Part shown: positions 25,881 through 37,668 of the stretch, piece after piece
How the letters are laid out: each line of letters opens with the position of its first letter
Numbering within the stretch: the first letter of the stretch is position 1
Assembly (NCBI GenBank): GCA_052327205.1
Contig: CM126219.1
Coordinates: 67,890,001 to 67,954,000, forward strand
Source of the DNA: Somniosus microcephalus
Taxonomy: Eukaryota
Length of the DNA: 64,000 nt
Direction of reading: 5' to 3'
Notes under the pieces: generated by a model
The model's database searches: none
What the model was told of the DNA's origin: nothing
The model's input: the letters and a program-made list of their open reading frames with translations, nothing else
Translations under genes and position numbers: made by a program

Positions 25881-27779
25881 TAAGACACAGAAAAACATGT
25901 TGCAAAAAAAAACTCAATTGGACCTTCATCACTGGAGTTATGGGTCCTTTCACGCTTACAACTCTCCACTGATAACAGTTCTAAATATAGTTTTAATCGA
26001 AATAAGAGTGATAGTTTTGTGTTGTGGGTTTTTAAACCAGTCCTTTCTGACCATTTTCTGTGACTTACTTGTACATTTGTGATTCTGTAGACAACATCTG
26101 GTACAAACACTCAAATAAACTGGTTCTGTATCTTGAAACATTTGTTAAAAAATACATTAAGAAAATTTATTTGGGCATTTACAAACTGTAGGCCTTGGCT
26201 GAGCAAGTGAAAGGGATCCAACGTTAGTTCCACAGTCTTCTAAATATTGAGATGCAACATGCGCAGAGCGTCCATTACTCAAACCCCAGGCTGGCTATCA
26301 ATGTACAGAAATGTGCAGGACAGGCAAAGCTGCCTCCAATTGCCCCAGCAGACTCTCCCATTTCAATCTGGATAAAATATTCTTGTACTAACCATCTACA
26401 TTTTCATCAACAGCAACATTTTCCAAAATATTTTTTATCAGTGCATAATAAGAAATGTTCAGAATTTAATGATGTGATCCTTCTGGCCACAATCACACAC
26501 CTGTACAAGTGGGGGAGGAAGGGTAGGAAAGAAAACAAGGAAAACAAAATAAAGCAGCAGGATTGGCTCGTGTGGAGCAGAAACACCAGTTGGGCCGAAT
26601 GTCCAGTTGGGCCGAATGTCCTGTAAATCCTATGTAAATTCTAAGTGATTAGCCGGCGGAGAGCAGGGATAGAGCCTTTACAGTTCAGATCCACTCGAGT
26701 CTCCATCGTAACCATACTCGGGCTGAAAGAGGACAACACAAGCACAAGTCTGTTGAGTATTTGTTCCCCTCAGTTTTTCCCACCCCCATCTCTTCTGAAG
26801 GTGCTACCCCATGTTAGAGTGAGATGTTAACAGCACCAGCAGTCCTTCAGTGCCTTATCCAGGTGGCCATTCATCCTGTGCAAGCCTGGGACAGTGGGCT
26901 ATTGCACGGTGTGGGGCATCACAGCCAAGTCCGATCTATCCTCACCCGAGGTCAGCACACATACTTTCCTGCAGGAGTCAAGGAATCTGGAACAAGATTC
27001 CTGGCGGATTTTTTTTTCCTTTTAGGCTGGAACACGAGTAATGCGGCCTTGGCAGAGATCAAGTAACTGAGCAAGGATTAAGCTCGGGGCTTTCTGGTCT
27101 CTAGAGCTGGACCGAGGGAAATTCCAACCACTTAAAAAAAATATATACATGCAGATCAAGATTTCTCCCTCGTCATTCCCCCATTAGGTTCTCCATGGCT
27201 TTCCTTTCATCACACTCAAGTCAGAAGTTTGAAAGTCAGAGCTGCCGAGCCACAGGCGAGTTTTCTTTTTGTTTCTCAATTGGCTCATTGCGCAGTGTAC
27301 TAAAGGTCATGAGGCGTTCTTTCTCGAGAGGCAGAACTGGACTTGCCAAGTCGGAGCTGCTTGGTGGATTATGGAGCAGTGTCCAGGGTGGGAAGAGATC
27401 CACAGGCCCAGTTCAACATGTCTTCTTACCAGAAACAGATTGCGTGGAGACGAGCGACAGTCATGGTGGGGCATAAATGCCAATGTGTGAAAAAGGAAAT
27501 GTGTTTTTGAGAGGGGGTTGTAGTGGGGAAAGGACACCTGTAAAATTCAAACCTTTTATGCTTCGCTAATATTTCCCCAAAGCCAATGAAAGCACCTTAA
27601 CAAGAACTCTATTCAAATTTAACATGGAGTTGCACTTGTTTCTAGTTGAAACTTTGACCTTTGTTCCAGCCTCAGTAATATCTGTAGTAACACAGCCAGC
27701 TGTGAATTGGAGGCATTGTTCGAGTGGTTGCGAGGCAGGGCAGGAACCTGATTTGGGGATTGTCCAGCACAGCAAGCAG

Positions 27780-27872
27780 TTACTTTCCAGAGTGAGGAGG
27801 CTGGTCAACAGTCTCTTGAAGCGATAGTTCCTTACTGAATGACACAAGCTCCCGTAATTCTTTATTTTCAAG
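27780..27872 (-). CDS. SIKE1: SIKE1 coding exon 5 (LENKELRELVSFSKELSLQETVDQPPHSGK*)
   Basis: Polypyrimidine tract plus AG acceptor at 27873-27874; phase 0; LENKELREL motif; TAA at 27782-27780. Confidence 0.9.
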   Translation of the reverse strand, partial: LENKELRELVSFSKELSLQETVDQPPHSGK

Positions 27873-28511
27873 CTTGAAAACAAAATGAAAAAAAAAATAA
27901 ACGCCATGAGACGGTGCAGTTTAAGACATGTTAATGAACAATCCATTTTCAGATCTTGCTTATGTCCTTCCCCTTCTTTCTCCTCCCTGTCGCTTCTGAA
28001 GGTGCGACTCTCACTGATCTGTAGGTGTCAACGACGTTCCAATATGGCGAAGTGTCAGCCCTAGATAGTGAGTTGGCAGGTATTCAACAACAGTGGCATT
28101 ATAGCCAAACCGCATCCTCCACAGATGGAGATGCAGTGGATAAAAGAATCCGGGGGTTATCTTTGTTCTCCAGGATGGTTCGGGAATAGTGGGTGGTTTT
28201 GGCAGAGGAAAGTGAGGCCCAGTAGCACTTGATGTGGTCTGATTTTCTCCCCCCTCCCCACTGTTTCTTTTTCCCACCTGGTAAATCATCCACCACCACC
28301 TCCAGGGCCACCCCAGGACTGAAACCCAACACTTACTGTGCAAGAAGTCAACCAGCAGGTTACTGGAACCCAGTAAATGATCAGTGAAGGACAATGAAAT
28401 GGAAACCGAGGATATACTGACAGCAAATAGGTTTTACAGATGTTGATGTATTGTGTCAGCACAGCACCTGTACTGACACGATACATCAACATCTGTAAAA
28501 CCTATTTTGAT

Positions 28512-28590
28512 CAGCCATGATCTCATTAAATGGTGGAACAGGCTCGAGGGGCCGAATGGCCTACTCCTGCTCCTATCGTCTATGTTTCAG
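28512..28590 (+). mobile_element. Short CR1/HER1 3'-tail fragment in SIKE1 intron 4
   Basis: gatcagccatgatctcattaaatggtggaacaggctcgaggggccgaatggcctactcctgctcctat. Confidence 0.75.
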
Positions 28591-28631
28591 TGGCTATGTG
28601 AAATACTGCGGCACCCACTCAAAACTCCTAC

Positions 28632-28745
28632 CTCCAGCTGGGCTATTTTCTCTTGAATTTGACAGTATTCTTGATCATCCACTTGAACGGCTTTCCTCAT
28701 TACTGTGGCCATGTCACAGATCTGTTCCACCTGGGTTTGCAGCTC
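28632..28745 (-). CDS. SIKE1: SIKE1 coding exon 4 (ELQTQVEQICDMATVMRKAVQVDDQEYCQIQEKIAQLE)
   Basis: ttccag acceptor and gtagga donor; 114 bp, phase 0-0; VMRKAVQVDD motif. Confidence 0.95.
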
Positions 28746-28911
28746 CTGGAAGTACAAGAATAAGCAACAAGGATCATCCAGGTCCACTGGACCCAGCAAT
28801 GAGCAGAATCTGGGTCTACACAATGAACAATGATGGTCAGCCCTGGAACATCTGAACCCAAAAGGATAGGTCTTTGAAAGAGCCAGCTGAAAGACTGCAA
28901 CTCTCAATGAG

Positions 28912-29123
28912 TGCAAGAAGTCACACAACACCAGGTTATAGTCCAACAGCTTTATTTGAAATCACAAGCTTTCGGAGCGCTGCTCCTTCGTCAGGTGAAG
29001 TGGCTGGCGAAGGAGCAGCGCTCCGAAAGCTTGTGATTTCAAATAAAGCTGTTGGACTATAACCTGGTGTTGTGTGACTTCTTACATTTGTCCACCCCAG
29101 TCCAACTCCGGCATCTCCACACC
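28912..29123. mobile_element. Fold-back Penelope pLTR mini-insertion
   Basis: 83-bp arms 28912-28994 and 29004-29086, 9-nt loop, 37-bp tail; 12-bp TSD actctcaatgag at 28900-28911 and 29124-29135; matches the end of the element at 45490-45620. Confidence 0.92.
28963..28997 (-). ncRNA. Minimal type I hammerhead ribozyme motif (Penelope-derived)
   Basis: cac-CTGACGA-a-ggagc-agc-gctcc-GAAA-gc-tt-gtg: core CUGANGA/GAAA, helix II, palindromic AAGCTT helix III. Confidence 0.75.
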
Positions 29124-29920
29124 ACTCTCAATGAGGACTGTGGTTGGATGCTTTGGGCCCGAGAGACCTTGAGCTCAGAGTGGGGAGGGCGAGGGCGGGG
29201 GCGGGGGGAGAAAATCAGACTGTACTCCCAATTCTCACCAATCCCGTTACAAAGTGTGTACTTGTGGACACTGGGCGAGAACATGTTCAGACTCTCATTT
29301 GTAATCCGCCAGTCAAATAGCTCGTTAACAACAGTGTTGTACGGCAACCCAGGAGATCCCCAATTTAACATTTTATGAAGACTTCACGGCACATCCTTCA
29401 ATTGTGATTACAGGAAGTTCAAACTGGCACTCAGTTCTTTGAAATAATCTAGAGTGGTGAATCAACCATACACTACAAAGAGCCTAGTTAAACAAAACTT
29501 CAGCATACAATATCTACAGTAGCTTTCTTTACAAACGCAAGTTTAGATTACACAAAGCAGAAATATGCCATAAAATCTCAGTGCTTGAAAACATAACATT
29601 TAAGGTCAAACTTAATGCAGCGTAACACTGCCGGAACCCTACAAGAGACATCATTTACACTGCTTATATAAATTGCCCCCTAACCCCAAACAATGCAGAG
29701 CACAGAACATTATGTAACAGGGACGGTAAGGAGGGCCAGCGTGGTTAAGGACCTTTGCCGCAACCTTTTCCAAAGTTACTTACCTCTCACTTTAAGTGTA
29801 AACTGAGACAAATTTGCAAGTCCAACCTCTTAAAAGAAGAATTCTCCTGGTTTAAACTGGGATCAATTTGGGAGTAAATTGCCTGTAAATTGGAATACAT
29901 TTGGGAATGCAGCTTATTAC

Positions 29921-30063
29921 CTGGGAATGCTCCTGGTGTAAATTGGTAATCGGTGTGCTATCCAGCTTCTTCTTTGATGCTAGAAGTCGTAACATCTGCT
30001 TCCTGTATTTACTCATGATGAGTTCTAAGGCATAGCGGTGCTCCTCCAGGGAAAGCCACAACT
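29921..30063 (-). CDS. SIKE1: SIKE1 coding exon 3 ([48 protein letters not shown])
   Basis: tgtcag acceptor and gtaata donor; 143 bp, phase 1-0; [10 protein letters not shown] motif. Confidence 0.96.
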
Positions 30064-30480
30064 CTGACAGAAACAAGACAAGCCACCAGCAAGTTAAGAG
30101 ACAACCACACTAGTCTCAGACCATACAGGTAATAAAAATGCTCAAGATAATCCTTGCTGTATTCTTAAGAAAATGAAGTCCTACGTCCTGTATTACCATA
30201 CAGCACTGGATGAAACAGGAAGCATCTAGTTTGCCTTCTACCATCCTGGTAGTCGCATGATACAACGATAATGGAGTTGTTGACTAATTATAGTAATCAA
30301 TTGCTATTAATTAGTCTACAACAGACCCTGATATGGTGTGAGGAAAACCCCAGTGGCGGAGAGCTTTGGAAATCATAGGTCCAAAGTCACCTGTTTCTCT
30401 CAAGCATGCTACACTCGAGTCATGGCTCAAACTACTCATACTCTATCCCAAAATGTTATCTTCAGAAAAAACTCTATCTA

Positions 30481-30806
30481 CAGGAAACTTTCTGGTATCC
30501 AGCACTGACGGGACCGAGCTGGTGCCGTCCCATCAAAACTGCCGTAGAAACCAGCGCCAATGTTAAAACATACGGAGCTTCTGAGCTCCGTCTGAAGCAA
30601 CAAACCCTGTTGCTAGCTTCAAAACAGTCAGCGCAGCTTGCAAGTGTCTCTGTAGCTAAGCAACAGCTTCAGCTAGACGCTTGCAGAGCCTGACTGGAGA
30701 AAAAAGTGACGAAAAGTAAAAAAAACTTATCTGCACCGACTCCTGAATTTTGCCGGTGGATAGAGCTTTCCGGACATTTAACCTCCGGTTAAACAAAAGT
30801 TTCCTG
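30481..30806. mobile_element. Tc1/mariner-pogo (Tigger-like) MITE
   Basis: TIR caggaaacttt...aaagtttcctg, flanked by TA at 30479-30480 and 30807-30808. Confidence 0.8.
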
Positions 30807-31351
30807 TAACTTGCATCTAAATGGATCAATACTAATTGCCTTCAGTCTATTTCACATTTATGATTACTCAGGTGAATGTCTCGCTTATCTAGTGAGTTCC
30901 CAATGATAAACCCATTCCTACAAAAGCCAGTTGGGTTACTGCACAATCTTCATCCTTTCAGACAGTTTAAAAAAATAAGTTTTCCTGCTAATTTTCTGCC
31001 CTTTCCCCCCTCCACTCAAAGCCTCGACTCCTGCTGGGGCGGTTTTACAGGTTCTGATAACTCATCCAAAAGTATCAATTCTTCATGCTAGAGTCTAGAC
31101 AGTGATCCTCTGCCCACAATTTTCACCAGGAGTTACTGGATTGTGATCGGGAGCAGGAAGCACTGCTTGCTTTCCCCTCAAGCCCTGGGTAGAGGCAAAT
31201 TGAATCACCGCTACCCCAATGGAGATCAGTCAACATACCAGACCTGTGGTGGCAAGTGTCAGCAGGCTATTTAACCACAGGGACCATCACAGCCAAGCCT
31301 AATCCTTCCTTCACCCACATATCTGCACCTTCCAGAAAGGAGCACTAACCA

Positions 31352-31553
31352 GTGACCCAGGAGTGGGAACCCTGGCTGACTTTCCTCTCCTTGGCGCAGG
31401 GCGGGGGGAATGAAGACCGGTGACCCAGGAGTGGGAACCCTGGCTGACTTTCCTCTCCTTGGCTCGGGGCGGGGGGAATGAAGACCGGTGACCCAGGAGT
31501 GGGAACCCTGGCTGACTTTCCTCTCCTTGGCTCGGGGCGGGGGGAATGAAGAC
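31352..31553. repeat. Three near-identical 68-bp tandem units inside an old SINE-like repeat
   Basis: gtgacccaggagtgggaaccctggctgac... starts at 31352, 31420 and 31488. Confidence 0.93.
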
Positions 31554-32664
31554 AACTGTGATGCCATTACTGCCACCCTGGCCGAGATTAGCTAACACCG
31601 CACAGACCTGCGACAGTTTGAAGCTGGGACCCTCCTGGTCCCTAATGCTCAGGACTACATCATGTAATGCTTCTACCCGTCTACAGAAAATCATCTACTT
31701 TAACAAAAAATCTTTTCAAACCAACTATTGAAGATTAAAAAGCAGAATATGGTAGTTACAGTAACCAGACGCCAGCCATGCAAATGAGTAGAAGTGAGAA
31801 TGGAGAGTGTGCAGCACAAAATTATACAGTACACGAACGTTCCCATGTATCTTTGGATAGGACAGCCTTCCATAGAAATGAGTGACAAGGACATTCAAAA
31901 GGTAGACATGCTCAGTGAATGTACCAATTGGGCTGTTTGATGCACTCTTAACGATGTAAAGAAGTTCTGTGATGACTCACACTCCTTGTTAAATGTCTAC
32001 GCAAATTTATTTGGCAGCTGGACATTTTCAAACTTCCAGAAATAAGCAAGGCTCATTTCAGAGTGCTGGGGATCGGGGTTTAATTCCAGCCTAGACAAAG
32101 GGAATAAAGTGTTTTTTTCTTTCATTCTCTTGCAAAGAGGGTTTTTCAGGCTGCCTCTCCTCAGCTGCCACACACCAAGAAACAGATCATAAATTGGGAA
32201 TGATTTGGCATCAATTGGACAATCCCACTCATGCTATAAAATAGCAGGAATGACATGATGTTAGCAGCTCAGAGTCTATTCTTTCCACAGACTGTGTGAA
32301 ATTGCTCTCATGGACACTGCCCATTTAATCTCCCGAGAGATCTGAATAACCATATATAAAACTCTTGGTTAAGGAGGAATGGCGGAAGAAATAGTAAAGA
32401 TATACTGGTGCAGTCAGGAATGCTCCTCTACGCTCGGGCTTGTTTGGTTAGTGTAGAGGGAGCTCGAAACCAGGCAAGTCCCTTACTGGATCTTTAAGGG
32501 CTTGATGTGATCACTGAAGACAAGGAAAAAATACATTGAATTTTCCCAGCATGAAATTCTCCAGCTTTGATAAGCATGAGATATACCAAAAATTCCCGTC
32601 AATATCAGATTTCGATTGTGTCTGGACTGAACAACCAGCCACTGGTTCACCATATGCAGGCATC

Positions 32665-35030
32665 GTACAACAACAACTTCTTTTATACAGCACCTTTAAT
32701 GTAGTAAAACATCCCAAGGCGCTGCACAGGAGTATTATAAGACAAAATAATTTGACACTGAGCCACATAAGGAGAAATTAGGGCAGGTGACCAAAGGCTT
32801 GGTCAAAGAGGTAGGTTTTAAGGAGCGTCTTAAAGGAGAAAAGAGAGGTAGCGAGGCGGAGAGGTTTAGGGAGGGAATTCCAGAGCTTAGGGCCTAGGCA
32901 ACAGAAGGCACGGCCACCAATGGTGGAGCAATTATAATCAGGGATGGTCAAGAGAGCAGAATTAGAGGAGCGCAGATATCTGTGGGGCTGCAGGAGATTA
33001 CAGAGATAGGGAGGGGTGAGGCCATGGAGGTATGTGAAACATAGAAGATAGGAGCAGGAGTAGGCCATTTGGCCCCTCGAGCCTGCTCCGCCATTCAATG
33101 CGATCATGGCTGATCATCCAAATTCAGTACCCTGTTCCTGCCTTCTCTCCATATCCCTTGATCCCTTTAGCCTTAAGAAATATATCCAACTCCTTCTTGA
33201 ATATATTTAATGAATTGGCCTCTACTGCCTTCTTTGGCAGAGAATTCCACAGGTTCACCACTCTCTGGGTGAAGAAATTCCTCCTCATCTCTGTCCTAAA
33301 TGGCTTACCCCTTATCCTTGGACTGTGACCCCTGGTTCTGGACTCCCCAACCATCGGGAACATCCTTCCAGCATCTAGTCTGTCTAGTCCTGTTAGAATT
33401 TTATAAGTTTCGATGAGATCCCCTCTCATTCTTCTAAACTCCAGCGAGTACAAGCCCAATCAACCCAATCTCTCCTCATACGTCATTCCTGCCATCCCAG
33501 GTATCAGCCTGGTGATTCTTCGCTGCACTCCTTCCATGGCAAGAACATTCTTCCTCAGATAATGCGACCAAAACTGCACACAATACTCAAGATGTGGTCT
33601 CACCAAGGCCCTATACAACTGCAGCAAGACATCCTTGTTCCTGTACTCAAACCCTTTCGCTACGAAGGCCAACATACCATTTGCCTTCTTAACCGCCTGC
33701 TGCACCTGCATGCTTACTTTCAGCGACTGGTGCACAAGGACACCCAGGTCTCATTGCACTTCCCCTTCTCCCAATCTATTGCCATTCAGATAATAATCTG
33801 CCTTCCTGTTTTTGACACCAAAGTGGATAACCTCACATTTATCCACGTTATATTGCATCTGCCATGCTTCTGCCCAATCACCCAACCTGTCCAAATCATA
33901 CTGGAGTTTCTCGGCATCCTCCTCACAGCACACACGCCCACCCAGCTTTGTGTCGTCTGCAAACTTGGAGATATTACATCTAGTTCCCTCGTCCAGATCA
34001 TTAATATATATTGTGAATAGCTGGGGTCCAAGGACCGATCCCTGCGGTACCCCACTAGTCACTGCCTGCCACTCGGAAAAAGACCCGTTTATTCCAACTC
34101 TTTGCTTTCAGTCTGCCAACCAGTTCTCTATCCAAGTCAATACCTTGCCCCCAATCCCACGTGCCTTAATTTTACACGCTAATCTCTTATGCGGGACCTT
34201 ATCGAAAGCCTTTTGAAAATCCAAATACACCACTGGTTCTCCCTTATCTATTTTACCAGTTACATCCTCAAAAAATTCCAGTAGATTAGTCAAGCACGAT
34301 TTACCTTTTGTAAATCCATGTTGACTTGTCCGATCCGGTCACTTTTTTTCCAAGTGCTCTGCTATTACATCCTTTATAATGGACTCTAGCATTTTCCCCA
34401 CTACCGATGTCAGGCTTACCGGTCTGTAATTCCCTGTTTTCTCTCTACCACCCTTTTTGAACAGTGGGGTAACATTCGCTACCTGCCAATCCATGGGTAC
34501 TGTTCCAGAGTCTATCGAATTTTGGAAGATGACCTGTAATGCATCTACTATTTCTAGGGCCACTTCCTTAAGTACCCTAGGATGTAGATTATCAGGCCCT
34601 GGGGATTTATTGGCCCTCAATCCCATCAATTTCCCTAACACCATTTCCCTACAAATACTGATTTCTATCAGTTCCTCCCTTTCATTAGACCCTATGTTCC
34701 CTGACATCTTTGGGAGGTTATTTGTGTCCTCCTTTGTGAAGACAGAACCAAAGTATGTATTTAATTGGTCTGCCATTTCTTTGTTCCCCATTATAAATTC
34801 CCCTGATTCTGACTGCAAGGGACCTACGCTTGACTTCACCAATCTTTTTCTCTTCACATATCTATAAAAGCTTTTACAGTCAGTTTATATGTTCCCTGCA
34901 GTGATGAGAATTTTTAAATCGAGGTGTTGCTTAACCGGGAGCCAATGTAGGTCAGCAAGCACTGGGGTGATGGGCGAACGGGACTTGGTGAGAGTTAGGA
35001 CATGGGCAGCCGAGTTTTGGATGACCAGAG
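32665..35030 (-). mobile_element. L2-type LINE 3' portion split by a CR1 insertion (SIKE1 intron 2)
   Basis: LHGLTPPYLCNLL...GGRAFCCLGPKLWNSLP...FKTLLKTYLF (32778-33030); resumes at 34901-35030; (aac)n tail at 32667. Confidence 0.8.
33038..34900 (-). mobile_element. 5'-truncated CR1 LINE (RT region)
   Basis: SGVPQGSVLGP, SKFADDTK, YLDFQKAFDKVPH, NYRPVSLTS fragments; CR1 3' tail at 33038. Confidence 0.95.
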
Positions 35031-35056
35031 GTCTTAATTAGTAAGGAAAGAAAAAC

Positions 35057-35162
35057 CTTTATTTTCCTGCTGCAGATCCCGGATCTGTGTGTTCTCCTGA
35101 GAGAGGACAGCGTGAGGTTTGTGATTGGCCAGCTTCTTCAGCGCAGCAAAATCTTCCTGGTT
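35057..35162 (-). CDS. SIKE1: SIKE1 coding exon 2 ([35 protein letters not shown])
   Basis: tattttcag acceptor and gttttt donor; 106 bp, phase 0-1; [15 protein letters not shown] motif; translated by hand (absent from the ORF track). Confidence 0.93.
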
Positions 35163-35842
35163 CTGAAAATAAAGCAGAGTGAAATTACAGCACAATTCGC
35201 AGTTCAAACTTTGCCGTTTTGCCCTATTCTTTGCTGAGCTAGTGGTCTGCTGCTGCTATTGTCCACTTCACTAATGAAATAGGTCCAGGATCACAGAACA
35301 CACATTCATATGATGGTGCTTGTTCTTTTAATTAGACACATGGAGTAATTAACAAGTAGGTTTTAATTCGCACAAAGCTATTTTGTTCATGCAGCTCCGT
35401 GCCTGTCTGCCTCCGCTCCCCGCCCCCAGGCTGCCCCTCCGCTCTTAAGGGCTCCAGAACTAGTATATGGTGTCAGTGTAACCCTATGATCTGGATCACC
35501 AGAGGGCCCCACTGCTGCTGTGAAGTACATGGTCAGCAACAGGGTCTTGTTCAATGACTGAATCCTGGAAGTCCCATGAAAAATACCACACTGGCGAGTG
35601 TCAAATTGAACAGAGGGGGGGGACTGCAGAAAGGGACTGTAGTAACCAACCTACTAGTGTGAATTCAATATAAAAACAAGGCATTTCACAATTAGGAGTT
35701 TGGGAAAAGAACACCAAGCTGGAAAAGACGAGATTAAGGAGACCTGACCAAAACTTGGTCAAAGAGATTATTTTTTTAAAGAAGGTTTTTAAAGAAGTGG
35801 GAGAGGAGGAAATTCCAGAGAGTTCTTCTTAGGCAGGTGGCT

Positions 35843-35892
35843 GAATTTATAATGGGGAACAAAGAAATGGCAGACCAATTAAATACATACTT
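35843..35892 (+). repeat. 50-bp exact inverted copy of CR1 segment 34751-34800, flanked by a 12-bp duplication
   Basis: gaatttataatggggaacaaagaaatggcagaccaattaaatacatactt; caggtggctgaa at 35834-35845 and 35896-35907. Confidence 0.9.
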
Positions 35893-35944
35893 AACCAGGT
35901 GGCTGAAGCCTCTGCTGCCAATAGTGGGGTAAAGGGGGAAGTGA

Positions 35945-36085
35945 TACCCAATAGCACTGTGGGAGTACCTTCACCACACGGACTGCAGCAATTCAAGGCG
36001 GCGGCTCACCGCCACCTTCTCAAGGGCATCTAGGATGGGCAATAAATGTCAGCCTTGCCAGCGACACCCAAGAATTAATTTTTTT
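35945..36085 (+). mobile_element. LINE (CR1/L2-group) 3'-end fragment
   Basis: ggactgcagcaattcaaggcggcggctcaccgccaccttctcaagggc...gggcaataaatg. Confidence 0.6.
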
Positions 36086-36343
36086 AAATGCACAAAAGAC
36101 TGTAGTCAGAGCAATGGAGGGGCACATGGTGGAAGAGATTGCAGACAGAGTGGGGCGAGGCCATGGAGGGACGAAAAGATGAGGACAAAACGAACAGGGA
36201 CACTGTCACACAGGGAAAGCTATATGGACTAAGATGCACTGGCACATGGCAGCATAGATGCATGGAACAGGGCATCCACTCCATGGGAGGAACAGTACAA
36301 GTTAAGCGTTCAAGACTTATTTGGCAGCTGGTCTTCGCCTTAC

Positions 36344-36502
36344 CTGGTCTGGGATTCCTGTCCCAACTTCCTTCATACTCTCCACCCGTTTGTTGAGTGT
36401 GGTGGTCTGTTCGATTAGAGACTCGGCTGCATTGTCGTGATCCTTCAGTCGCTCCACCAAGGCCTTTGCATCAGCCAACACCTTCTCTATTGTGCATGCC
36501 AT
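36344..36502 (-). CDS. SIKE1: SIKE1 (suppressor of IKBKE 1; SIKE/FGFR1OP2 coiled-coil family) first coding exon
   Basis: [53 protein letters not shown]; 159 bp; gtaagg donor; AG acceptor 2 nt before the ATG. Exons sum to 159+106+143+114+93=615 nt (204 aa plus stop). The GTGIPDQ extension and ELWLSLEEH favour SIKE1 over FGFR1OP2. Confidence 0.93.
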
Positions 36503-37668
36503 CACTAGGGAATAGAAATAGAATAAACTGTTGGGTTTGAGATTGACAGAGAGCTGGGTTGGAGAATCTGCTGGTCTAGTCTGACTTTTATTTCCCACTC
36601 TCATCATTAGAAGTTTTTGTTTTGCAATAATAGTTTTTTTTTCCCATTTCATTTTTCTCTCCTGAAGCAGTCAATTCCTTGCTGGGATCAGGTTCCATGG
36701 GAACGGGGGGTTCCAAATCATTACCCAATTCTTCATAATCTATCACGGTTCATTCTTCATAAGTGAGTCTGAACAGTGATAGTCAGCAGGTTATCCATCC
36801 AAGGAGAGCATCATAGCTATGCCCGACCCTATTCTCAGTCAACATGTATCCTTCCCCCTCTACAACAGGAATCACTTGATAGTGACTAGGATTGGGAACT
36901 CTGACTGATTGTTCCCCATCTCTGACCCAAGACTGTTGGAAGCAATAGCAATGCTCCTACTGTCACTCCAGCTCAGATCAGAGAACTCAACACAGACCAG
37001 GAACTGAACCCAGAATCTTGCTGGTCTCTATGGCTCAGTTCCACATTGGGCATTACATTTACAAAAAGGAGAGCCTGGGTAAAATGGTCTTTATCACCAC
37101 ATCACCAACCATCTTCTTCTAGAAGCATTCCCAGGTGACAAAGTGGATTTAAATTGGGATAGTCTGAATGAAAATGGGAAAACTGTCCTCACCAGTCAAC
37201 ATTGTAGAGAAAATAGGAAAACCATGTGTCTGTACACCAAACTAGTGATAGGAAAAAGTGAGAAACGCATGCACACCTTCTAACCCGAGGAAAATTTTGT
37301 AAGCGTGAAGACTCAGTCAAGTGCTGAGGGTGTGAGGTAAAACCAAATCTGCTGGAGAAGGTGCAGAAGTTTTTGATTGTCACAAACCTTTAATTTATTC
37401 TGTTTGATAATATACTAGCAAACTGAAAATGCATGTGCATATAAAGGATGCAGGTGATTCACCTTCATTTGTGAACAAAGTCTGCATTTGGGCCAGAATT
37501 AAGAACTGCTCTCAGTTACAAACAATAATAGCAGCATTTTGCTATTCACCATCTACAACACAATCCCACCCATCTCCCAGCTCAGCCCTGGCTTCAGCTC
37601 AGAAACAAACTCCTCGCCTCTCACTTCCCATCCACAACCAGCTGCTGTGCCTTTAACTCTCTCAGTAC

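Noticed and set aside
18913-27770. Exons of a neighbouring host gene or a defined SIKE1 poly(A) site
   Set aside because: No recognisable coding exon by eye; several minus-strand AATAAA candidates (~26165, ~24677) cannot be ranked without RNA data
36332-36343. Alternative donor adding VRRR, similar to a recalled human SIKE1 +4-aa isoform
   Set aside because: No GT or GC follows the 12 nt (next bases are cc), and read-through hits a stop at 36317
27780-36502. Calling the gene FGFR1OP2
   Set aside because: [34 protein letters not shown] and VMRKAVQVDD match recalled SIKE1 features better
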